A stretch of DNA of 64,000 bases from Eubacteriales bacterium (GCA_045653505.1 JAZOLZ010000001.1:19223-83222), one strand, 5' to 3'; counted from the first letter of the stretch, positions 40,849 through 50,214 are shown. Notes: generated by a model not told the origin, from the sequence alone. A program made the numbers and translations.

Positions 40849-41310
40849 ATGAAGGCTGTTTTACAAAGAGTAAACGAGGCAACCGTTTATGCAGACGGAG
40901 TGCTTTCAGGTAAGATTTTCAAAGGACTTTATATCCTCCTTGGTGTTGAGAGTGAGGATACAAAAAATGATGCAGAGCTTCTGGCGGAAAAAATATCCAA
41001 ACTCCGCATTTTTAATGATGATAATGGCAAAATGAATTTGTCAGTCAAGGATATTGACGGTGAGGTTATGGTTGTATCAAACTTTACGCTATGCGCAAAT
41101 TATGCACACGGTAACCGTCCGGATTATCTTTGTGCGGCATCTCCTATACTTGCAAATGAACTTTACGAGCATTTTAAGATCTTGATGTCGCAAAGGGTAA
41201 GGAAAGTTGAGTGCGGTGTATTCGGCGCCGATATGACAACCCAAATGTCGACAGACGGCCCTGTTACTATCGTAATGGAATCAAAAGTTTTGAAGAAGGG
41301 AAGGTCTTGA
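40849..41310 (+). CDS. dtd: D-aminoacyl-tRNA deacylase
   Basis: 153 aa with MKAVLQRV and SNFTL...GNRP. Confidence 0.93.
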   Translation: MKAVLQRVNEATVYADGVLSGKIFKGLYILLGVESEDTKNDAELLAEKISKLRIFNDDNGKMNLSVKDIDGEVMVVSNFTLCANYAHGNRPDYLCAASPILANELYEHFKILMSQRVRKVECGVFGADMTTQMSTDGPVTIVMESKVLKKGRS

Positions 41311-41330
41311 TTTTTAAGACAGTATAAAAT

Positions 41331-42833
41331 ATGATTTTAAGAATCAATGGTGATGTAAACAGATATTACGTACAAACACTGTGTATGATATTCTTCCCGG
41401 GCGCTACCTTTGGTGAAAATGAAGAGCCGGACTGGGGGATACCGCAGGTTGACGTAAACGTAGTTGAAAATGAGCATGAGGCTACCGCAAAAGTTGAAAT
41501 TAAACTATATGATAAAGTAGTTACGGCAACCGAGTCCGTTAGTTTTGAAAGACAACTTACAATGGCTACTCATACTGCAATTGCAGTAGGTAAGGCTATG
41601 TTAAGCGCAGGTAAGGAATTAATAGGCTATACACCGCCTTGGGGTATGCTCACGGGTGTCAGACCTGCTAAAATTGCAACGGCTCTTATGGCGAGTGGTA
41701 ACGGTATAATTAAAACAAAGAGAATTTTAAGGGATGAATACTTTTTAAATCCTCAAAAGGCCTCTCTTTGTGTTTCTGTTGCTGCTCAGGAAAACAAGGT
41801 GCTTAAGCGCGCAGATAACAACGGTTGCTCGGTTTATATATCAATACCGTTTTGTCCGTCAAGATGTTCATACTGCAGTTTTGTTTCCTATACCACAAAA
41901 AAACTGCTTTCATTGATTGATGAGTACATCGATGCGCTCCTTAAGGATATTGATGAAATATTTGATACAATTGCTCTTACGGGGCTTAATCTGACAACTA
42001 TATATATCGGTGGCGGTACCCCTACAACGCTGACTGCAAAGCAACTTAAAAAGTTGCTCTCGAAGATAGCAAAGAGAACTGATACAAGCAAACTTCTTGA
42101 GTTTACACTCGAGGCAGGACGCCCGGATACTATAACCAAGGAAAAACTTGATATTGCTAAAAAATACGGTGTAACGAGAATTAGTGTAAATCCACAGACA
42201 CTCAGTGACCGTATACTTAACGAGATTGGCAGAAAGCACACGGTTGAAGATTTTTACCGCGCGTACGCAATTGCTAAAGCAAGCGGTATAAGAGATATCA
42301 ACGTTGACCTTATTGCGGGACTGCCCGGAGATGATTTTAAGAACTTCTCTGAGACACTTGATAAGATAATAGAACTTGATCCTACTAATATTACAGTACA
42401 TACCTTTTCGGTTAAAAAGGCATCGGACGTTTTGCGTAAAAACTCCAAGGTTTACTCTCTTAGCGGCGGTGATGCTGCCAAATGTGTTTCTTACGCGCAG
42501 TTAAAAACCAAATTTGCGGGATATAAGCCCTATTATATGTACAGGCAAAAAAATACAGTCGGCAATCTTGAAAACGTTGGATTTTCCAAGGATGGTGCAG
42601 AGGGCCTTTACAACATCTTTATGATGGAGGAGACCCAGACTATTTTTGCTGCAGGCGCAGGTGCTGTTACCAAACTTTTAAGATATAATAAGGAAAGCGG
42701 TAAAAACGATATTATCCGTATTTTCAGCCCCAAATATCCTTATGAATATTTGAGTAAAAAGGCCGATGAGACATCTGACCAAAAGGACAGCATTAAAGAT
42801 AAAACACTTGAATTTTTTGGTCTTAATAAATAG
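41331..42833 (+). CDS. hemZ: HemZ-like radical SAM protein (oxygen-independent coproporphyrinogen dehydrogenase family)
   Basis: 500 aa with a CPSRCSYCSF radical-SAM cluster motif and a HemN-like core. Confidence 0.7.
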   Translation: MILRINGDVNRYYVQTLCMIFFPGATFGENEEPDWGIPQVDVNVVENEHEATAKVEIKLYDKVVTATESVSFERQLTMATHTAIAVGKAMLSAGKELIGYTPPWGMLTGVRPAKIATALMASGNGIIKTKRILRDEYFLNPQKASLCVSVAAQENKVLKRADNNGCSVYISIPFCPSRCSYCSFVSYTTKKLLSLIDEYIDALLKDIDEIFDTIALTGLNLTTIYIGGGTPTTLTAKQLKKLLSKIAKRTDTSKLLEFTLEAGRPDTITKEKLDIAKKYGVTRISVNPQTLSDRILNEIGRKHTVEDFYRAYAIAKASGIRDINVDLIAGLPGDDFKNFSETLDKIIELDPTNITVHTFSVKKASDVLRKNSKVYSLSGGDAAKCVSYAQLKTKFAGYKPYYMYRQKNTVGNLENVGFSKDGAEGLYNIFMMEETQTIFAAGAGAVTKLLRYNKESGKNDIIRIFSPKYPYEYLSKKADETSDQKDSIKDKTLEFFGLNK

Positions 42834-42910
42834 TTCAAAGCGGCGCTGTTTTTGTGCCGATTTCAAAAAACGAGACTTAAAATCGGGCAGAGAAGTAGAA
42901 AGGAGGAAAA

Positions 42911-44686
42911 ATGTTATTAGGTAAACATATAAATAAATATTATTTAAAGCATTCTTTTGTGCTTCTTTTAGGAATTTTAGCCTTGATTTTGGTAGACTAT
43001 TATCAACTCAAGATTCCCGAGATATACAGGATGGTTATTAATGGCGTTAACGATGGCTTTGTTGTGCTTGACGGTGTAACAGTTGACTTTAACGTTGATT
43101 TTCTTCTCTCTGAGGTTGCCTATCCTCTGATTATAACGATAATTGCGCTTGTTATAGGCAGATTTGCCTGGCGCATAGCATTTTTCGGTACTGCAATAAA
43201 GGTTGAGACAGATTTGCGTAAAAGGATGTTCTCGGTTTCCGTAAATCTTTCTCAGGAGTATTACAGCACAAATAAAGTCGGTAATCTTATGTCGCTGTAT
43301 ACCAATGATCTTGAGACGGTGCAGGAATGCTTTGGCTCTGGTGTGTTAATGCTTTTTGATGCGCTTTTGCTTGGATGTATGGCGCTTTACAAGATGTGGG
43401 ATATGAACAATATTCTCACACTCTTATCGCTTATACCTATGGCACTTTTACTCTTGATAAGCACATTGGTGCGCAGATATATGATGGACAAGTGGAGGAT
43501 CAGACAAGAGGCATTTTCCTCTCTTTCGGATTTTTCTCAGGAAAGTTATTCGGGCATTGCCGTTATTAAGGCCTTTGTTAAAGAGACAAAGGAACTTTGG
43601 GAGTTTAAAAGGCTTAACAAAAATAACGAAAATGCTAACGTAGCACATACAAGAGCGTCCACGCTTTTACATATATTTGTTACCCTGTTTGTTGAATCGG
43701 TTATATGCATTATAATTGGATACGGCGGCTTTTTAGTTTATAATGAGATATTTGATGCAGGTCAGTTCGTTGAATTTATCGGATATTTCAATACCATTAT
43801 ATGGCCGATAATGGCAATTTCTCAACTAATAGAAATGCAATCAAGAGGCAAAGCATCGCTAAACCGTATAAGCGAACTCCTTGATGCGAGCGTAAGTGTA
43901 AAGGACAGGGAAGACGTACTGGATATAAGTGAAATTAAGGGCGAGATTTGCTTTAAAAATCTTACATTCAGATATCCCGGCGCTAATTACAATACGCTTG
44001 AAAACGTTTCTTTTGAAATTAAGACAGGTGAAAACGTAGGTATTATCGGTAAAACGGGTGCGGGAAAGACAACTCTTGTCGATTTAATCTTGCGTACCTA
44101 TAATGTAGAAGATGGAACGTTGTTTGTTGACGGTATTGACGTAAACCGTATACCGCTTAAGACACTGCGTCACTATTGCTCATACGTTCCGCAGGACAAT
44201 TTTTTGTTTAGTGACACTATAAAAAACAACATTGCCTTTTCTTCTGATACCGGTGCACAACTTGGAGTAGAAGAGAGTGCTAAACTTGCCGCAGTACACG
44301 ATAATATTATCGGATTTAATAATAAATATGATACCGTTCTTGGTGAAAGAGGCGTAACCGTCTCAGGCGGACAAAAGCAGCGCATCTCTATAGCCAGAGC
44401 TCTTATGAAGAACTCTCCGATCCTTATTCTGGATGATTCTGTATCAAGTGTTGATACAAAGACTGAGAGCGAGATACTTGTCAATCTTTCTTCTTTGCGC
44501 AAGGGCAAAACCACAATCCTTATAGCTCACCGTATCTCTACTGTTGAAAAGATGGATAAAATTATCTTTATCGAGGAGGGCAAGGTTCTAGCTATCGGTA
44601 CCCACGAGGAGTTATATGCTACCTCAAATGAGTACAGGAATATGGTTCAGCTTCAAAAACTTGATGAGGAAAGGGGGATAATATAA
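42911..44686 (+). CDS. ABC exporter half-transporter (TMD-NBD), subunit 1
   Basis: 591 aa. Walker A is GKTGAGKTT, the signature is VSGGQKQR and Walker B is ILDDS. Confidence 0.9.
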   Translation: MLLGKHINKYYLKHSFVLLLGILALILVDYYQLKIPEIYRMVINGVNDGFVVLDGVTVDFNVDFLLSEVAYPLIITIIALVIGRFAWRIAFFGTAIKVETDLRKRMFSVSVNLSQEYYSTNKVGNLMSLYTNDLETVQECFGSGVLMLFDALLLGCMALYKMWDMNNILTLLSLIPMALLLLISTLVRRYMMDKWRIRQEAFSSLSDFSQESYSGIAVIKAFVKETKELWEFKRLNKNNENANVAHTRASTLLHIFVTLFVESVICIIIGYGGFLVYNEIFDAGQFVEFIGYFNTIIWPIMAISQLIEMQSRGKASLNRISELLDASVSVKDREDVLDISEIKGEICFKNLTFRYPGANYNTLENVSFEIKTGENVGIIGKTGAGKTTLVDLILRTYNVEDGTLFVDGIDVNRIPLKTLRHYCSYVPQDNFLFSDTIKNNIAFSSDTGAQLGVEESAKLAAVHDNIIGFNNKYDTVLGERGVTVSGGQKQRISIARALMKNSPILILDDSVSSVDTKTESEILVNLSSLRKGKTTILIAHRISTVEKMDKIIFIEEGKVLAIGTHEELYATSNEYRNMVQLQKLDEERGII

Positions 44687-46578
44687 TGCAGGATTATCTT
44701 CCTTTGTGGATACTTGGCGCTATAATTGGCGTTATTTCTGTCATTTTTATAATCGCATACGCACTTATTAAGGACAAAAAAGAGGCCCTGGGATTTGACA
44801 GAAATATGAAGGATGCCGAGATAATATCAAGGCTTATTAAATACGCAAAACCCTATAGGTGGAATTTTGCGTTAGTTTTGGCACTAATGGTGGTATCTAT
44901 AGGATACGATATTGTTTCTCCACTTATAATAGGCTCTATAGAGGAAATGCTCAGGGCAGATTTTGAACTCTCAAGCATTTACGTATCGGTTGCTTTGTAC
45001 GCATCGGTGTTGCTTCTTTCCTTGGTAGCAACCTATTTTCAGTCAATGATACTGCAAAAAACCGGGCAAAGAATCGTCTCTCAAATAAGAGAGGATACAT
45101 TTAAGCATATCGAGAGCCTCTCGCACGAACAATTGAATTCTATACCTGTCGGTACCTTGGTGACAAGGACCACTAACGATACAAATGCAATATCCGCAAT
45201 GTTTACACACATCATAGTAAATCTTGCAAAGAATTGCTTTATTATCATAGGCGTGCTTATAGCTATGCTGTGTCTTAACTATATGCTTACACTTATGGTG
45301 CTTTGCTTTATTCCTTTTATCGTTCTTTTCACAATTATATTCAGAAAGTTTTCACGCAAGGCCTATAGACAGGTCAAGGCAAAAACAAGTGATATCAATA
45401 CCTTCCTTTCAGAAAATCTTTCGGGCATAAAGGTCATACAGATTTTTAATAAGGAAGAGAGCAAAAGAGTTGATTTTGAAGACAAAAACGAGGCTTTAGG
45501 TAAGGCAAAAAAATCACAAACATTTGTTTTTGGTATCTTTAGACCCTTAGTTTATATGCTTTATATAGCATCCGTACTGTCTTTGCTTTATCTTGGCGGT
45601 ATAGGCTACATAAATAATGTAGAGTTTTTAGGTCAGAGTATAAGCAGTGGCACAATTGTTACTTTCTATATGTATATCTCAAAATTCTTCAACCCCATAC
45701 AAAGCCTCGCAGAGCAGTTCAATTGGCTTCAGTCGGCTCTTGCCTCGGCAGAAAAAATATTTGCCGTGCTTGATATCAGCCCTACAGTAGTTGATGATCC
45801 TGATGCAATAGAACTTGAAACACTCAGAGGAGAGATAGAGTTTAAGGATGTATGGTTTGCATATAAGCCCGATGAATGGGTGCTTAAGGGAGTGTCATTT
45901 AAAGTAAAAGCAAATGAGACAGTCGCCTTTGTTGGCTCTACCGGCTCGGGAAAGACAACAATTTTATCCCTGCTTTGCCGCAATTACAATATTCAAAAGG
46001 GCGAGATTTTGCTTGACGGCATAAATATCCGTAAAATCAAGATATCATCTCTTCGCAAGTACTTTGGTCAGATGTTGCAGGATGTATTTCTTTTTGCCGG
46101 TACTGTAAAGAGTAATATTATATTATATAATGAAGATATCAGCGACAAAGAGGTTATGGATGCCTGCAAATACGTAAATGCCGACAGTTTTATTAACAAG
46201 TTGGAAAACGGTATTTATGAACAGGTTAGAGAAAGAGGAAATAATTTTTCGCAAGGACAGCGACAGCTTTTATCCTTTGCGCGCACAATAATCCATAAAC
46301 CAACCGTTATGATACTTGATGAGGCTACGGCAAACATTGATACTGAGACCGAGCTTTTAATACAAAATTCTCTTGAAAAAATGATGAATATCGGCACTAT
46401 GCTGATAGTAGCCCACAGACTTTCCACCATACAGCACGCAGATAAGATTATTCTCTTATCTAAGGGTAAAATTGTAGAGCAGGGCAGTCACTTTGATCTG
46501 CTTGAAAAAAGAGGAAAGTATTATGATCTTTATATGTTACAGTATCACAAAGAGAATTTGAAGAATAACTTAAAATAA
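44686..46578 (+). CDS. ABC exporter half-transporter (TMD-NBD), subunit 2
   Basis: 630 aa. Walker A is GSTGSGKTT, the signature is FSQGQRQL and Walker B is ILDEATA. Its start overlaps the subunit 1 stop. Confidence 0.9.
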   Translation: MQDYLPLWILGAIIGVISVIFIIAYALIKDKKEALGFDRNMKDAEIISRLIKYAKPYRWNFALVLALMVVSIGYDIVSPLIIGSIEEMLRADFELSSIYVSVALYASVLLLSLVATYFQSMILQKTGQRIVSQIREDTFKHIESLSHEQLNSIPVGTLVTRTTNDTNAISAMFTHIIVNLAKNCFIIIGVLIAMLCLNYMLTLMVLCFIPFIVLFTIIFRKFSRKAYRQVKAKTSDINTFLSENLSGIKVIQIFNKEESKRVDFEDKNEALGKAKKSQTFVFGIFRPLVYMLYIASVLSLLYLGGIGYINNVEFLGQSISSGTIVTFYMYISKFFNPIQSLAEQFNWLQSALASAEKIFAVLDISPTVVDDPDAIELETLRGEIEFKDVWFAYKPDEWVLKGVSFKVKANETVAFVGSTGSGKTTILSLLCRNYNIQKGEILLDGINIRKIKISSLRKYFGQMLQDVFLFAGTVKSNIILYNEDISDKEVMDACKYVNADSFINKLENGIYEQVRERGNNFSQGQRQLLSFARTIIHKPTVMILDEATANIDTETELLIQNSLEKMMNIGTMLIVAHRLSTIQHADKIILLSKGKIVEQGSHFDLLEKRGKYYDLYMLQYHKENLKNNLK

Positions 46579-46580
46579 GA

Positions 46581-46608
46581 AAAAGCGCTCCTGTTGGAGC
46601 GCTTTTTT
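46581..46608 (+). terminator. Rho-independent terminator of the ABC exporter operon
   Basis: agcgctcc tgtt ggagcgct followed by tttttt. Confidence 0.85.
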
Positions 46609-46635
46609 GCGGCTGAAGTATAAATTTTTGGAAAA

Positions 46636-46706
46636 GGCAAGAAGATGGTTTCGGATCTGACATTCCCTCAGCATAAACAAAAGCCCCCCGATAGGGAGGG
46701 CTTTTT
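46636..46706. repeat. Direct repeat copy A (71 nt, contains a bidirectional terminator hairpin)
   Basis: ggcaagaagatggtttcggatctgacattccctcagcataaacaaaagccccccgatagggagggcttttt. Differs from copy B at 2 substitutions and one C in the C-run. Confidence 0.9.
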
Positions 46707-46832
46707 GAATGGGGTACGGCTAGCGTGCGGTAACTTTGTAATAAGCCGTGAGTTTTAGTGCGTAGCAAGCGTATTCCCACGCAAACGCCGGATATGCGCA
46801 AAAGCGCATATGCGAACCCAATTCTTGCCACA

Positions 46833-46904
46833 GGCAAGAAGATGACTTCGGATCTGACATTCCCTCAGCATAAACAAAAGCCCCCCCGATAGGGAGGGCT
46901 TTTG
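46833..46904. repeat. Direct repeat copy B (72 nt), abutting the 3' end of tRNA-Ser
   Basis: ggcaagaagatgacttcggatctgacattccctcagcataaacaaaagcccccccgatagggagggctttt. On the minus strand the hairpin plus ttttgttt acts as the tRNA terminator. Confidence 0.9.
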
Positions 46905-46908
46905 TTTA

Positions 46909-46999
46909 TGGCGGAGAGAATGGGATTCGAACCCATGAAACCGGTTAGGGTTTACACGATTTCCAGTCGTGCGCCTTAGACCAACTCGGCCATCTCTCC
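46909..46999 (-). tRNA. tRNA-Ser (anticodon GGA), with encoded CCA
   Basis: The minus strand reads GGAGAGATGGCCGAGTTGGTCTAAGGCGCACGACTGGAAATCGTG-long variable arm-ATGGGTTCGAATCCCATTCTCTCCGCCA. It folds as a cloverleaf with a 7-bp acceptor stem, CU-GGA-AA anticodon loop and TTCGAAT T-loop. Confidence 0.93.
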
Positions 47000-47103
47000 A
47001 TAAGACCTCTATATTATAGCAGAGGGTGAAAAAAATGTCAAGTGGTTTTATAGATTTTATTCTACTTTTTTGGTGTTACTAAAGAGTAGGGAAGATTTAA
47101 TAC

Positions 47104-47132
47104 TTGACAAAATACCTTTGTTTTCATATAAT
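47104..47132 (+). promoter_or_regulatory. Consensus sigma-A promoter of lysC (TTGACA-17-TATAAT)
   Basis: ttgaca at 47104-47109 and tataat at 47127-47132. An aggag RBS precedes the ATG at 47161. Confidence 0.65.
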
Positions 47133-47160
47133 AGAATATATTTATTTTAGGAGCAAAAAT

Positions 47161-48477
47161 ATGGGCCTTAAGGTTTTAAAATTTGGTGGCACCTCTCTTG
47201 CAGATGCAGAGCATTTTAAGATAGTTGCCGATATTATAAAAAGTGAGCCGGAGAGAAAATACGTGGTTGCTTCAGCACCCGGCAAACGCTTTGGCGGTGA
47301 TACAAAGGTTACAGATCTTTTGTATAAGTGCTACGAACTTGCTATGGATGAAGAAGATATCAGTGAGGTTTTTGAGCAGATCAAAGAGCGCTATAACAAT
47401 ATTATAAGAGATCTTAATCTTGAACTTGATCTTACAGATATATATGAAAAAATAAGACAGTCCCTTATTCATAACTCAGGTAGGGACTATATAGCATCAA
47501 GAGGTGAGTACCTTAATGCAATAATTCTTGCAAAATATCTTGGATTCGATTTTATTGATGCTAAAAAGGTTATATTCTTTAACGATGACGGTACTCTTGA
47601 TGCTGAAAAGACTAATGATGTACTAAAGGACCGTCTCTCAAGGCATGAATATGCCGTAATTCCCGGTTTTTACGGCTCAATGCCTAACGGTACTATAAAG
47701 ACGTTTTCGCGCGGTGGATCCGATATTACGGGTTCGATAGTAGCACGTGCAACAAGCGCAACTCTTTATGAAAACTGGACAGATGTACCCGGATTTCTTA
47801 TGGCAGACCCCAGATGCATACCGGATCCTAAGGTTATTGACACTATAACCTATAAGGAACTGCGTGAGCTCTCATATATGGGCGCTACCGTTTTGCATGA
47901 GGATGCGATTTTCCCTGTAAGATACTCAAAAATACCGATAAATATCAGGAATACTAATAATCCAAGCGACCGTGGTACCTTTATAGTTCCGCAAACAGAT
48001 GAAATAAGCGCAGACGTTATTACGGGCGTAGCAGGCAAGACCGGCTTTTCAACAATCACAATTGAAAAAGAAATGATGAACTCAGAACTTGGTTTTGGTA
48101 GAAAGGTATTACAGGTAATAGAGGAAAACGGTGTTGCGTTTGAGCATTTTCCATCAGGCATTGATACTATGACCGTTGTAGTACCTACGCGCGAACTTAT
48201 GAAGAAAAGGGCAGACATAATGTCCGGTATTTGTAAAGCGGTTAATCCTGAGAATATCTTTGTAGAAGAAAATCTTGCACTTATCGCAATCGTAGGACGA
48301 GGCATGGTAAAGGCAAAGGGAACTGCGGCGCGTATCTTTAAATCGCTTGCAGAGGCGGGCGTAAACGTTCGTATGATAGACCAGGGCTCAAGTGAGCTTA
48401 ATATAATAGTTGGTGTAGATGCAAACGATTATATTACAGCCTTAAAGGCGATATATAACGAGTTTGTAGGAAAATAA
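47161..48477 (+). CDS. lysC: Aspartate kinase
   Basis: MGLKVLKFGGTSLADAE N-terminus with C-terminal ACT domains. Start set at the ATG at 47161. The track ORF begins at the TTG that is the -35 box. Confidence 0.9.
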   Translation: MGLKVLKFGGTSLADAEHFKIVADIIKSEPERKYVVASAPGKRFGGDTKVTDLLYKCYELAMDEEDISEVFEQIKERYNNIIRDLNLELDLTDIYEKIRQSLIHNSGRDYIASRGEYLNAIILAKYLGFDFIDAKKVIFFNDDGTLDAEKTNDVLKDRLSRHEYAVIPGFYGSMPNGTIKTFSRGGSDITGSIVARATSATLYENWTDVPGFLMADPRCIPDPKVIDTITYKELRELSYMGATVLHEDAIFPVRYSKIPINIRNTNNPSDRGTFIVPQTDEISADVITGVAGKTGFSTITIEKEMMNSELGFGRKVLQVIEENGVAFEHFPSGIDTMTVVVPTRELMKKRADIMSGICKAVNPENIFVEENLALIAIVGRGMVKAKGTAARIFKSLAEAGVNVRMIDQGSSELNIIVGVDANDYITALKAIYNEFVGK

Positions 48478-48486
48478 AATTAAAAG

Positions 48487-48522
48487 AGCAGGGCAGTAGT
48501 AATGCTGTCCTGCTTGCTTTAT
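48487..48522 (+). terminator. Rho-independent terminator of lysC
   Basis: agcagggcag / ctgtcctgct (one mismatch), followed by a T-rich tail. Confidence 0.6.
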
Positions 48523-48729
48523 AAAATGGAAGAGTGGGGAAGTTATCATATCTTTGATGCAATATAATGCGCCGTGGCGATAAACACACTGCTCTGTTTA
48601 CTGTGTTACTGTGATAAAACATAATGATGAAAAAGATGTGCTCTCACCCTGCGCAAGATAAAGGGGAGGGTTATACCAAAAACCATAATATATGAGTGGT
48701 AGAAAAGCAGAGCACACCCCTGTTTTTAT

Positions 48730-48753
48730 CACATACAACAATTATACAAAAGA
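48730..48753. repeat. attL core (24-bp exact direct repeat)
   Basis: cacatacaacaattatacaaaaga, identical to 53922-53945. Confidence 0.85.
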
Positions 48754-49029
48754 TTGTTTTTTGTAGTAATGCTATTTTGAGAAAAAACGAAAAGGGAAGA
48801 CATTGTCCGCCTTACTCAATCAAAATAGACAATGGAAGACCTTTGAGGCTTTTTAACATTACTAGTGCATTATACAATAAAACTTTTAACGGTTTTTTTG
48901 TAAGGTCAAGGTGAGGACACGTTCGAACGAAGTGAGCCGCAACCTATGACCGATTAATTGTTGTAAAGTTCAGCACAAATTACATAAAATAACAAAACTC
49001 AAAAGCCACTCTGTATAAACGGTAAATTT

Positions 49030-49941
49030 ATGCAGAGTGGCTTTTTTTCTTATTCTCTAGACAAAATAAAATTTAAAGGCAAAATAAATGCTAAAAAAAT
49101 GTGGTTCGGCAATAAGGCGCATATTCGTTATTGGTGTTCTTATGGTCTTCCTGATTTTATAGAACTTGTAAACGAAAATGAAACTCTTTTACCTTTTAAG
49201 TATAGGTTTTCATATACGTTAAGGGTTAAAGGTGAAAAAGAGGGCTCTTTCTTTATTTGCGAGCATTATAATGGTGATTTTAGAAATCAAAGGCAAGAGC
49301 CTCATGCTTTTTTAATAGAGTATAATCCAAATAAAAGTGGTTCTAAAATTTTTGAAGAATTTAAGAACTATTTCGTTTTTAAAATAACAGAGATTGTTTC
49401 AATAGACATAGCATACGACTTGCCGAATGTGTCGGTTCATGATATTTTTGTTGATACAAAATGCGATGTTATGACTTATGGCAAAACATTAAATTTTACT
49501 ACATATATATCCCCAAAAGAGGACAGTTCCGGCAGAGTAAAGATATATCAAAAGGATATAGAACGAGAGGTCAAGGGCGTTGATTTATCAAGGACTTTGC
49601 GAATTGAGTGTTCTTTAAAGGGTAAATTTTTGACTTATGATACATTTTACGGTGATGATAAAACATTTACAGAATTAGAGAAGTGTGTTGGTCGTATAAA
49701 TTCAGTTAAGATAAAACAATTGGATAATACAGTTCAAGATTGGAAACTTTATGCTCTTTCAAGGCTTACGCCTTTTGAGTTCAAGATTTGTTTATCAAAA
49801 ATGGCAAGTGCAACAAGGACAAAATTCAAAAAACAGTTATTAGAAAACTGTTATTATGATTTAGGACTTGATATTTTTATTTTAACTAAGCAAATTAGCG
49901 AATTACTTGAAGAATACAAAAGGTGGGTAAAATTAAAATGA
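49030..49941 (+). CDS. Rolling-circle replication initiator (Rep_trans-like)
   Basis: 303 aa. Blocks LIEYNPNK, VSIDIAYDL, RVKIYQKD and LRIECSLKG resemble the Rep_trans (pT181 RepC / CTX RstA type) family. The start is uncertain (the ATG at 49030 lies inside a hairpin, and 49099 is the alternative). Confidence 0.7.
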   Translation: MQSGFFSYSLDKIKFKGKINAKKMWFGNKAHIRYWCSYGLPDFIELVNENETLLPFKYRFSYTLRVKGEKEGSFFICEHYNGDFRNQRQEPHAFLIEYNPNKSGSKIFEEFKNYFVFKITEIVSIDIAYDLPNVSVHDIFVDTKCDVMTYGKTLNFTTYISPKEDSSGRVKIYQKDIEREVKGVDLSRTLRIECSLKGKFLTYDTFYGDDKTFTELEKCVGRINSVKIKQLDNTVQDWKLYALSRLTPFEFKICLSKMASATRTKFKKQLLENCYYDLGLDIFILTKQISELLEEYKRWVKLK

Positions 49942-50183
49942 CTTGGAAAACTATAATAGACAACAATATAGAAAGCGCTTATAGATGTAAAGCAGAAAAA
50001 CAAGATTTTGTTTATCTGCTGTGTTCGATGCGTCCTCCGTATCTCCCTATAGATTATACATATTCTCTATATGAGATAGCCAAAAAGTATGATATACCTT
50101 ATAATACCGTTTTGGCTGATTATTCACAGAGTAAAGCAAATAAAAAATATAAATTTACCATTGAAAAGGTATATATAAATTAG
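49938..50183 (+). CDS. 81-aa phage protein with a putative helix-turn-helix
   Basis: An ATGA overlap joins it to the rep stop. YSLYEIAKKYDIPYNTVLADYSQ looks like an HTH. Confidence 0.5.
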   Translation: MTWKTIIDNNIESAYRCKAEKQDFVYLLCSMRPPYLPIDYTYSLYEIAKKYDIPYNTVLADYSQSKANKKYKFTIEKVYIN

Positions 50184-50214
50184 GTATATTCTTTCGGGCA
50201 TAAGACTAAGAACA

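Noticed and set aside
46460-46837. 125-aa minus-strand ORF covering the direct repeats next to tRNA-Ser
   Set aside because: It runs through two terminator hairpins and into the 3' end of the ABC exporter gene on the opposite strand. It has no RBS and is spurious.
46909-46999. tRNA-Ser as the integration target of the prophage
   Set aside because: The prophage lies about 1.7 kb away, beyond an intact lysC. Its 24-bp att core shares nothing with the tRNA. The repeats next to the tRNA do not include tRNA sequence.
47000-47160. Lysine riboswitch (L-box) ahead of lysC, and a T-box ahead of gltX (27571-27690)
   Set aside because: The lysC leader is only about 28 nt between the -10 box and the start codon. 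The gltX upstream region is too short and lacks T-box or specifier features. No riboswitch is present in either.
48696-48914. 72-aa GTG-initiated ORF spanning attL
   Set aside because: It crosses the att core and the AT-rich regulatory region upstream of rep. It has no RBS and its translation is implausible. It is treated as noncoding.
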